Below are positions 27,196 to 34,781 of a stretch of 54,777 bases of DNA, one piece after another. The DNA comes from a virus (lineage: Duplodnaviria > Caudoviricetes): positions 1-54,777 of the IMG/VR virus record IMGVR_UViG_3300031688_000022; one strand, 5' to 3'. The notes beneath the pieces are model-generated. The model saw only the letters and a list, made by a program, of their open reading frames with translations. It did not search any database and was not told the DNA's origin. The position numbers and the translations under genes were made by a program. Positions within the stretch are counted from its first letter, which is position 1. The number at the start of each line of letters is the position of its first letter.

Positions 27196-27481
27196 GGTAG
27201 TTATCCGTGATATAGTCTATCTCTATTTGATCTATGATGGTGATGCCTGTTCTCTTCTTGACACTCTCACACATGGACATCCAATCTCTGTTCACATCGA
27301 TGGAGTACTTGGTGTTAGCAAGGGCCATCTCTGCATCCGTTAGACTGATCTCTACTACCTGGCCAGTTGCGAGGTGAGTACCTTTGAGTCCTTGTTTGAT
27401 AGTGTTCATACTAGTGTTAACAATACTGGTAGAAGCATCAGCGCCATTCCTTGCAGAAAGTCTCCGTCTATCAGTCCCCAT
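27176..27481 (-). CDS. Hypothetical early protein
   Basis: Follows the promoter at 27511-27540. Confidence 0.55.
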   Translation of the reverse strand: MGTDRRRLSARNGADASTSIVNTSMNTIKQGLKGTHLATGQVVEISLTDAEMALANTKYSIDVNRDWMSMCESVKKRTGITIIDQIEIDYITDNYLDRVFH

Positions 27482-27510
27482 TTCTTAATTTGTTTTCTCA
27501 TTATATACAT

Positions 27511-27540
27511 AGTATACCAAAATGTGAGGGTCACTGTCAA
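27511..27540 (-). promoter_or_regulatory. Early sigma70-type promoter (18-bp spacer class)
   Basis: TTGACAGTGACCCTCACATTTTGGTATACT followed by ATGTATATAATGA. Confidence 0.8.
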
Positions 27541-27619
27541 GTCTTTTCTCATGTATAACTTTGTATAACTCCGCGCGACCATCTGCGGAAATCGAATACG
27601 AACTCCCCATTATACCTAT

Positions 27620-27649
27620 AGTATAACATAAAGTGAGACCCATTGTCAA
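27620..27649 (-). promoter_or_regulatory. Early sigma70-type promoter (18-bp spacer class)
   Basis: TTGACA-N18-TATACT. Confidence 0.75.
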
Positions 27650-27738
27650 CCCCTCTGAAACCCTTGCCACCACTACGTTTCAGAGGACTACATTTTATCG
27701 TACATAAAAATGCTGTCATGTTACACTTAGTTGCACAT

Positions 27739-27762
27739 AAAAAAACCCTCAATGAAGAGGGT
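27739..27762 (-). terminator. Putative intrinsic terminator
   Basis: ACCCTC/GAGGGT stem followed by a U-run on the - strand. Confidence 0.55.
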
Positions 27763-27768
27763 AAAGAG

Positions 27769-27789
27769 TTATCCACAAAGTTATCCACA
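27769..27789 (+). promoter_or_regulatory. Two tandem consensus DnaA boxes
   Basis: TTATCCACA at 27769-27777 and 27781-27789. Confidence 0.6.
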
Positions 27790-27966
27790 GGCACTATCAG
27801 AAACGTGCAACATATGCCTCATCAGTTTCCATCATAGAACGATTCAATGCAACCTGTAAGTTGATCTTCTCTGCATACTCATGAGCTTCCATCTTACTAG
27901 AGAAGACCTTAGCACATAAGGGACGATTAGTGTGTAGACATAGGAGTCGGTAATAGAATTTCATGA

Positions 27967-28251
27967 TTATTGATTCTCCTGATGGATACGATTGGTCGCA
28001 TAGAACTGCTTGATAAACTCTGCATGCTTCTCATTATCCATTAACAGTTCCATGCATTCCTCTTTGAAGGTAGGAGTAGATGCCTCATACTGGTTGTTAT
28101 GATTGGGGTATAGAACAAGGTTGTTAGTCTCCATAACGTCCTTGTCAGTCCAGTTCTCGGGTAAAGGTTCTCGGGTATCTACCTGTGTCCAGCATGCATC
28201 AACCTCAGCAAGCCTCTCGTCTCGGGTCATTTCATTCCAGTTCTTAGTCAT
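27967..28251 (-). CDS. Hypothetical early protein
   Basis: Downstream of the promoter at 28282-28311. Confidence 0.6.
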   Translation of the reverse strand: MTKNWNEMTRDERLAEVDACWTQVDTREPLPENWTDKDVMETNNLVLYPNHNNQYEASTPTFKEECMELLMDNEKHAEFIKQFYATNRIHQENQ

Positions 28252-28281
28252 CTCTTATCTCTCATCGTTGAATACAGTAGT

Positions 28282-28311
28282 ATTATATCATGGATACATG
28301 GCCAACGTCAA
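28282..28311 (-). promoter_or_regulatory. Early sigma70-type promoter
   Basis: TTGACG-N18-TATAAT. Confidence 0.7.
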
Positions 28312-28786
28312 CACTTATTTCACTTATTCTTAGACCGTTTTGATCTATAGAGAGCCCCTCTTATGCCGAATCTCCCTCCGAATTTCCTCTGAGTTGACTC
28401 CACGCTAAAACTCGTGTTAGGGTCTCCGAACAACACCACCATAACCCACTTTATTCCACATCTCTCCATACCGAGTAAATTTGATTATAATTGCACACTT
28501 CTACACACTCTCCCACACATTATATTAGACACCCCATACACTAGGTGTTCAATTATATTCAAATGCAGTGGTAGTAAGGGTTTGTGGTTGCTGTATTAGC
28601 ATGCTTTGACAGCAGTATTAGATAACCACGTAACATAACAGTAAGATTGATATGAGTACCATCCAATAGTATCTCCTATTCCTTCTATCTATTCTTAGTT
28701 GGGGGTTGGAACAATTCTCTGATTCTCTCCTCAATCCCCTCTCTAGGAATCTATCTATCTCTCTACTGATCTTTCTGACTATCCAA

Positions 28787-29500
28787 CTAAACATCTGATT
28801 GATCTCGTTTGAAGTATATGAATCGTCTTGGTGAGGTATCTCTCTGTTCGTATTGGACATCGTCTCTATGTTCGGATGCATTACAGTAGACATCTAGTGC
28901 CATTGATATTCTTGGAAGGGTGTAGATGTTGTTTCTGACTCCGTGTTCGACTTGGTGTCCTACGATATGCAACTCTCCGTGTATATTGGGAACTCTGACC
29001 GTTTTGTAGTGTGTATAACTAGGTTGTCCTCCCTGTAGGAAGAGATTGAGTGCGTAGAAGTTCTCTAGGTGTGATCGATGTGGGTCTACTCTATTAACCT
29101 CGTATTCGTACTCTTCGGGTGTGAGTTGATCTTTGTATTCTTCTATGAGATCAGGTGCGAAGTAGCCGACCGTTCCGTGGTGGTGTGTGTCCAAGTTTTC
29201 ACCTTGATAGAGGATGTTACCCCATGCTTGGATACCTAACTCGTCTGAGTCTTTGAATTCGGGTAGGTTGAATATCCGTTGAGGTATATTCAGGGGTCTT
29301 ATGTCGGGGTGTCTGAGTAGGTTATAGACAAGAAACTGGGCCGTTAACCCAGTGTATCCTGTCTGTGTGTCGTTTGATAGTTTAAGTATCTTGGATTCGT
29401 CCCGCGTAAGTATGTGTGCAATATGTTGGCACTCGTCTAGGGATAGGAAGTCGGCATGTTTGACATGTAGATAGGGGTTGCAACGTACTATCTCTTCCAT
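28787..29500 (-). CDS. 2OG-Fe(II) oxygenase-like protein
   Basis: AWGNIL..THHH, EHGV, RISMALD pattern. Confidence 0.7.
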   Translation of the reverse strand: MEEIVRCNPYLHVKHADFLSLDECQHIAHILTRDESKILKLSNDTQTGYTGLTAQFLVYNLLRHPDIRPLNIPQRIFNLPEFKDSDELGIQAWGNILYQGENLDTHHHGTVGYFAPDLIEEYKDQLTPEEYEYEVNRVDPHRSHLENFYALNLFLQGGQPSYTHYKTVRVPNIHGELHIVGHQVEHGVRNNIYTLPRISMALDVYCNASEHRDDVQYEQRDTSPRRFIYFKRDQSDV

Positions 29501-29505
29501 TAGAC

Positions 29506-30429
29506 TTACTTACCTATGAACCATGTGCGGAAGTATCTATCTGTACCATCCTTCTCGGGTTGGTTAAGACCATCTGCATAGAGGAATCGTATTTGGGGGG
29601 ACTGGACTCTCCATTCATGGTTATATGATAGGTAGTCTGCGTCCATGTCCTCGGGGTTTTGTTGTTCACTCCATTCTGCTGGGAAGAAACACTCTACGTT
29701 CTCTTTCCATGATGCATTCAGGCCGTCGTTTAGTGTCTTATCGTTGATGTAGTACTTACCAAAATAACCACATCCTGCTGGTATGATTATTCCTTTGAGG
29801 TTGTTCTCTATAAATCCTTGGACGTTTGCACCGTATAATGTTTGGATACCTGCTGGGTCTTCCATGAAGAGGTCTTTTAGGTATGAATGGTCTTTGTCAT
29901 GCCACTCGCAAAACCAATCGGTGTACGTATTAGTATTATCCTCTTCATTCCACCATTTATTAGGCATTGAAATAAACGGTGACTTGTCTTCTTTGATTTT
30001 CTCTAGTGTTTCGGTGTCTAAGAGACCTCTTAATGTTTTAGGTATCTCATCAATTTCTCCTGCAGGGGGGACTGCAGCCAATAAAATCGTCTGACATAGG
30101 TCAAGGGGAATTATATTCGGGTGATAGTATATGCTCTTACCGAATGTGTTTGTTTGTGTCTCTGACCATTCAAATAGGTCTAATCTATACCAGTCATCAT
30201 GTAGAATGTCTTCCCTTGGGGTGCATTCGATCACGTTAATATCGTCTAATAGACCTTCTCCGTCCATGGTATGACAATGATACTTGACATCTAGGATGTC
30301 CATTGCAACAATGCTCAATCGTTTAGCGTTCAATCTGATCACTGCAGAGTTTACATCTTCTGCTGTAGTGGTTCCGAACTTAGGGATGATTATATTAACG
30401 CTGTTGCGTTGAAAGATTTGGTCTGTCAT
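29506..30429 (-). CDS. Hypothetical acidic protein (possible glycosyltransferase-like fold)
   Basis: 307 aa ORF behind a TATAAATA late promoter. Confidence 0.65.
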   Translation of the reverse strand: MTDQIFQRNSVNIIIPKFGTTTAEDVNSAVIRLNAKRLSIVAMDILDVKYHCHTMDGEGLLDDINVIECTPREDILHDDWYRLDLFEWSETQTNTFGKSIYYHPNIIPLDLCQTILLAAVPPAGEIDEIPKTLRGLLDTETLEKIKEDKSPFISMPNKWWNEEDNTNTYTDWFCEWHDKDHSYLKDLFMEDPAGIQTLYGANVQGFIENNLKGIIIPAGCGYFGKYYINDKTLNDGLNASWKENVECFFPAEWSEQQNPEDMDADYLSYNHEWRVQSPQIRFLYADGLNQPEKDGTDRYFRTWFIGK

Positions 30430-30461
30430 GTGGGGTTTCCATTATATAGTTGTTGTATGTG

Positions 30462-30469
30462 TATTTATA
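30462..30469 (-). promoter_or_regulatory. T4-type late promoter
   Basis: Exact TATAAATA; gp33 present in window. Confidence 0.65.
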
Positions 30470-30520
30470 GTTTCCTATGCATCCATTATAAACGAAAACA
30501 TAGGATTCTACAAGGGGGTT

Positions 30521-30631
30521 TTATAAGAAAGTGTTGCACACCTTATTAAATCTCCCACTTTTCATCAATCGATGAAACTTGCCTGCTTGTGTCCTAAGAT
30601 ACGAGGCAGACAATGATGCGTAATATTGCAT
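30521..30631 (-). CDS. 36-aa small protein (not in track)
   Basis: AGGAG SD; MQYYASLSASYLRTQAGKFHRLMKSGRFNKVCNTFL. Confidence 0.6.
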   Translation of the reverse strand: MQYYASLSASYLRTQAGKFHRLMKSGRFNKVCNTFL

Positions 30632-30740
30632 TTTTATCTCCTGTTATGGTTGTGTAACTTTCCGATCTTAGGACTTCGTTAACGTTTGTCACATTAACTA
30701 CTTACTCTTGTCACATATTTGTTACAATTCTATTTAGACA

Positions 30741-30965
30741 TTAAACCGTCTTATCGATTATATTGCCCACTGAATCTATCTCTTTGTGAAACTGCGGTAC
30801 TGGTGTGAAGGTCATCCGACCATTCACCATGGTGACTTTACAATAGTCAACCCATGCACCCCATCCTAGTCTCTCAAATGTTATCTCCTCATCGAGGGAT
30901 AAGTCTTTGTCTTTATTTTGGTAAAGTGTATAGTCTATCCACTTGCGTTCGTTTAATTCACTCAT
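30741..30965 (-). CDS. Hypothetical protein
   Basis: AGGAG SD after the tRNA; start MSELNERKW. Confidence 0.65.
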   Translation of the reverse strand: MSELNERKWIDYTLYQNKDKDLSLDEEITFERLGWGAWVDYCKVTMVNGRMTFTPVPQFHKEIDSVGNIIDKTV

Positions 30966-30988
30966 CGTTGAGCTCCTTGTTACCAATG

Positions 30989-31078
30989 TGGCGGAAGATG
31001 AAGGATTCGAACCTTCGAAAGGTTTGACCCTTTGCTGGTTTTCAAGACCAGTGCATTCAACCGCTCTGCCAATCTTCC
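30989..31078 (-). tRNA. tRNA-Ser (TGA)
   Basis: GGAAGAT/ATCTTCC acceptor stem, TGA anticodon, long variable arm, GGTTCGAATCC, encoded CCA. Confidence 0.97.
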
Positions 31079-31090
31079 CTAAATTAATAC

Positions 31091-31352
31091 TGGTGTCTTG
31101 GGACGGTCTTAAGCAAAGCAAGGTCATGAAGTAATTTCGACATACTTCCCTTGCATCCTGAAATGTGGGGTCTGTAGGGGTTTTATTGTCTACTGGGTAG
31201 ACTAAAACACCTTCTATCCACATATCGTCCTCGCGCACTTCAAACTATCGGTTCCAGTCACCGACCTACTTGGTATCGTATCCCTATTTGAGGTAACTAA
31301 CCCCATTCTCATCATAGAAGGAATAAGTAACTACTAGTGCTGGTTAAGACAC
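31091..31352 (-). ncRNA. Candidate large structured ncRNA of unknown class
   Basis: Terminal stem GTGTCTT/AAGACAC, 3' end reading ACCA, several nested internal hairpins, no credible CDS. Confidence 0.65.
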
Positions 31353-31360
31353 TCGTACTA

Positions 31361-31615
31361 TTAAAGATCAGTTTCTTGAATCTTTGTTTTGTTTTTAACC
31401 TTGGCCTTACGGTAGTTCTTTGTCTTTACTGGTAATGGTACGTCCATTGTGTATTTGACATCGACCTTCTTAGGGGCTCTTTTTTTGTAAACTTTCTTTT
31501 TAGACTCGTCTACATTGGGTGTTGATTTGTCGTCTGCAATGAATCGACCTTTCTCGTCTCTTGCTCTGACCCATTCAAACCCAAAGAAGTCTGTGATGTT
31601 ATTCCACCATCCCAT
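31361..31615 (-). CDS. Small basic hypothetical protein
   Basis: AGGAG SD; RARDEKGRFIADDKSTPNVDE motif. Confidence 0.7.
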   Translation of the reverse strand: MGWWNNITDFFGFEWVRARDEKGRFIADDKSTPNVDESKKKVYKKRAPKKVDVKYTMDVPLPVKTKNYRKAKVKNKTKIQETDL

Positions 31616-31624
31616 GTTATTCTC

Positions 31625-32236
31625 CTAGAATGAATACTCGATTCCAAACGTTAGTGAATCAACTGCAGTATTCTTCAACACGTTCTGACCTACCAACATA
31701 TAGAATGTCGTATCGTTAATTGTCTTAGCACCTCTCAACATAACATATGAGTCCTTACCCTGTTTATCGAATGTTCCATAGATGAACTTTGCGTCCACTA
31801 ATGGGACAAACCATAATTTGTAGGTGAGCTCACCATATGTTTCATGAGTGTCTAAGTCTCCGAATCCAGTAATGGACAATCCACCCACTGAAACTGATGC
31901 GTATACTTCTTCAACTGAATCGTATACACTATCCCACACATATCGAATGTATCCGACATCTAATGAGACATTGTCTGTTATTGATAAGTCATATCCACCG
32001 AAATAGTTCAACTCTCTTGTTGTAGTATCTCCAGTGTAATTGACCTCGGAACCCCATACTCCTACGTATAGACCTTCCGTCTCTGCTTGTAAACCGAATG
32101 ATTTAACAGGTTTGCCTGATTGAGATTTACCTCTAAACACGTAGTCACTTGAGTAACCTACGAACCCACTGACATCGGCAAATGTCGGTGTTGAAAATAG
32201 CATTAATGATAATGCTGTTAATAATAATTTATTCAT
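31625..32236 (-). CDS. Outer membrane beta-barrel (TIGR02001/TorF-like porin)
   Basis: Signal peptide, SDYVFRGKSQ, GLYVGVWGS, LDVGYIRY, C-terminal YSF. Confidence 0.85.
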   Translation of the reverse strand: MNKLLLTALSLMLFSTPTFADVSGFVGYSSDYVFRGKSQSGKPVKSFGLQAETEGLYVGVWGSEVNYTGDTTTRELNYFGGYDLSITDNVSLDVGYIRYVWDSVYDSVEEVYASVSVGGLSITGFGDLDTHETYGELTYKLWFVPLVDAKFIYGTFDKQGKDSYVMLRGAKTINDTTFYMLVGQNVLKNTAVDSLTFGIEYSF

Positions 32237-32258
32237 AATATATCCTTCCTATAGTTAT

Positions 32259-33017
32259 TTATTGTTGTTTAAATCGCACGTTTCCAGCGACACTAATTCG
32301 TTCACCCCCACAATAAAATGGGTAAACTGAATGTCTCAACCAACTAGGAAAAACCAATAGGTCTCCCTCTAGTGGAAAATGAGTGAATGTTGACATGTTC
32401 AAGAATTGTGTCTCTCCGTAATGCAGTTCAATATGTCCTGCAAGTGGGGGGACAACTCCTCCGTTAACAATACCTCCAAGTGGGGCTGTGTTATCCTTGT
32501 CAAATATGTTGTCTATTGCATCTTCGAGTTTTACAGTGTTCTTAGTGTAAAAGACGAATGAGAATAGACCATCATGTGAATGGATTGGATTGAACTCAGC
32601 ATTGTTTGCGATGTTCACCCATAGTCCATTGATTTCTAGTTGTTCTTTAGGTATTCCTATTTGACATTGATCAACCATGGTCATAACATGGTTCATGATA
32701 TGATCTTTTGTCTCATCGGACACTAAGTCCTCTATGAAGATTTGTTCCTCTACTCTTCCTGCAAGTAGTCCACCAACATCGTGGTTTGAAGACCCTCTCC
32801 GTTGCTGTATACAGTCGGTTACATGATCTAATATTTCGGGGTTGACTCCACCATGATATACAGGTGGCCCGAATGGACTGAACATCTGTCCTTGAATTTC
32901 ATTTCTAGGAGGCTCAGGTGCATCAAGGTATATCTCATTATTGGGTGGTGGGTTGTCAAAATCAACTTTGATTCCTACAACGTTATTACCCTTATCAAAT
33001 TGGTCTTCAGTATTCAT
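32259..33017 (-). CDS. 2OG-Fe(II) oxygenase (TIGR02466-like)
   Basis: WVN, NPIHSH, SFVFY, GDLLVFPSWLRHSV, RISVAGN. Confidence 0.88.
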   Translation of the reverse strand: MNTEDQFDKGNNVVGIKVDFDNPPPNNEIYLDAPEPPRNEIQGQMFSPFGPPVYHGGVNPEILDHVTDCIQQRRGSSNHDVGGLLAGRVEEQIFIEDLVSDETKDHIMNHVMTMVDQCQIGIPKEQLEINGLWVNIANNAEFNPIHSHDGLFSFVFYTKNTVKLEDAIDNIFDKDNTAPLGGIVNGGVVPPLAGHIELHYGETQFLNMSTFTHFPLEGDLLVFPSWLRHSVYPFYCGGERISVAGNVRFKQQ

Positions 33018-33032
33018 AATATAGTCTTCCTC

Positions 33033-33251
33033 TTATACTGCCTTAGGCACATACTCAATTTTGACGAGACCCGACTTGGTACGTCTATCCAACTCATTCT
33101 TCACCTTCCGTTTCTGTTTAGGTGTCTTGGGGTCATTGTATGCTTTCAATAGTGTTTCTATTGATTGACATTTCATATACTGGTGAACTGTTGTTTTCTT
33201 GGATGTCCCTCTGGCAACGGTCACTGATGTTGGTGCAAATTTTACTGGCAT
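33033..33251 (-). CDS. Small basic hypothetical protein
   Basis: 72 aa ORF, PKQKRKVKNELDRR. Confidence 0.65.
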   Translation of the reverse strand: MPVKFAPTSVTVARGTSKKTTVHQYMKCQSIETLLKAYNDPKTPKQKRKVKNELDRRTKSGLVKIEYVPKAV

Positions 33252-33273
33252 GTCTTTCCCCTAGATGAACATC

Positions 33274-33480
33274 TCAATCAGTTGTAGTCCTAGACTGATT
33301 GCTGTTATTGTTGTTAAAATCTTTAATATTGTTATTTGTTTTCTCATTATCTTTCCTTTGATGATATGATAAGGAACACTGAGGCCCACAAAATATGTGG
33401 CTTCGATCTTGTGTGTAGTACTTAATCTCTCTTGCAAGAGTCTTCACTTGACACACTGAACACCTCAATAGTGTATCCAT
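33274..33480 (-). CDS. Small zinc-finger (TRASH/MYM-like) protein
   Basis: CSVC..FCGPQC. Confidence 0.6.
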   Translation of the reverse strand: MDTLLRCSVCQVKTLAREIKYYTQDRSHIFCGPQCSLSYHQRKDNEKTNNNIKDFNNNNSNQSRTTTD

Positions 33481-33484
33481 CTTG

Positions 33485-34087
33485 TTATTTTATGACGACC
33501 TTAGTAAATGTAGGGCCATCTGTTAATTCTTCTGTTGGTTGATCATCGAATGCATTGTGATCACTGTCTTCACTTCGGTTTTCACTGAACCAAACACCCA
33601 ACATCCATTTTTCCCCTGCAGTAATAGGTAACACTCCAACACTTCTATAGGAAGGATTGTTAACGATTAGCATATCTCCAACGACATCGTTGATGATACT
33701 TGCATCTACCACCATGTTACCTCCATGGTAACCCTCCGATAGATTGAATAACACTAGTCCAGTGTCTTCTTCTTGGGATGTGTTAAATTCATATGAATCC
33801 ACTGGATAACATATGATCTGTATATGACTAGGTTCTTCAAAGCAGTCACCTTCAGGTAAAAACTCTTCGACCCAATCATAGACCTTTTCGAAGTCTACGG
33901 TTCCCTTTACATCGGGTACAATGTTGTATACCTCGACATCATTATGGTCAACCTTGAACCTAGACGTTCCACCCTCTATTTCAGTCTCGTCCTCGGTAAA
34001 GTCCTGTCGTTGTGCTAATCCTATGATTGTGGCACATTGGTCTTGGTCTAGTACTCGTTCACCGAGTGTTAACATATTATTTTGCAT
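33485..34087 (-). CDS. Degenerate 2OG-Fe(II) oxygenase-fold protein
   Basis: LSEGYHGG and GVLPITAGEKWMLGVWF fit the P4H-like fold but no HxD..H is evident; start at 34087. Confidence 0.6.
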   Translation of the reverse strand: MQNNMLTLGERVLDQDQCATIIGLAQRQDFTEDETEIEGGTSRFKVDHNDVEVYNIVPDVKGTVDFEKVYDWVEEFLPEGDCFEEPSHIQIICYPVDSYEFNTSQEEDTGLVLFNLSEGYHGGNMVVDASIINDVVGDMLIVNNPSYRSVGVLPITAGEKWMLGVWFSENRSEDSDHNAFDDQPTEELTDGPTFTKVVIK

Positions 34088-34781
34088 GATTGTTTCCTGT
34101 TGTTGGGTGGAAGAATTGTACTTGACTAACTCTCCAGTTATCTCCACTATATTTAGTGTAGTCTTCGATATGAGCTCCATGCAACCTATTGCCGGGAAAT
34201 ATAACACATCGGTTAAATTTAGAAGGGATGATGGTATGCAACTCAAAGTCGTCTTGGCATGGATATAGTAATCCGTGGTGTTCATCGTTAGATATCCACT
34301 CACCATTATATACTGCAGTTCCACCACTCTCTTGTTTATCTAAGTAGACAAGCATGTTAAGTGTTGCTAGTTTGTTGGGGGTATCGAATGATGAATCCGT
34401 ATGTGGGTAGTGTTGCATCTTGTTATCAAACTCAGTGATCGTTTGGAACACATTGAATTCGTGAATTATGTCCCAGTCGTATCTACCCTTATGGAAATGC
34501 TTTCTGCATATATCTAACAGTCGTTCCATCTCACCAAAATACTTCCTAGTGGGGTGTCCGACCTTATCAGTAATTCTGCAATCGTTGTATTCAATTCCGT
34601 TGGGGGATTTTCTCTCCGTGGAGTATTTCCACATAGGGAATTGACGAGCCATGACGAAATCATGTATTGCTTCGGGATTCTCATAGAAGTTGTCTATGGT
34701 AATTGTCAACCCATCAAATGTAGGTTCCCACTTCTCAGACATCTTGAATAGTTCATCATGGATATAGGTTTTACCTGTCAT
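34077..34781 (-). CDS. 2OG-Fe(II) oxygenase-like protein
   Basis: IDNFYENP, PHTD, VYL..GGTAVY, FNRCVIFPGNRLHG, RVSQVQF. Confidence 0.85.
   Translation of the reverse strand: MTGKTYIHDELFKMSEKWEPTFDGLTITIDNFYENPEAIHDFVMARQFPMWKYSTERKSPNGIEYNDCRITDKVGHPTRKYFGEMERLLDICRKHFHKGRYDWDIIHEFNVFQTITEFDNKMQHYPHTDSSFDTPNKLATLNMLVYLDKQESGGTAVYNGEWISNDEHHGLLYPCQDDFELHTIIPSKFNRCVIFPGNRLHGAHIEDYTKYSGDNWRVSQVQFFHPTTGNNHAK

Noticed and set aside
13361-28311. Dispersed repeats as a CRISPR array or mobile element ends
   Set aside because: They are irregularly spaced, separated by whole genes and match -35/-10 promoter consensus
28618-28893. 91-aa ORF overlapping the 2OG oxygenase end
   Set aside because: Large overlap and uncertain start; a shorter membrane peptide may exist but I cannot support its boundaries
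30741-31238. 165-aa ORF in the track
   Set aside because: It reads through tRNA-Ser and the structured RNA; only 30741-30965, which has its own SD, is credible
31091-31352. tmRNA, RNase P RNA or an intron-containing tRNA
   Set aside because: No T-arm GTTC motif before the CCA, no Ala-type acceptor or tag ORF, no GAGGAAAGUCC signature
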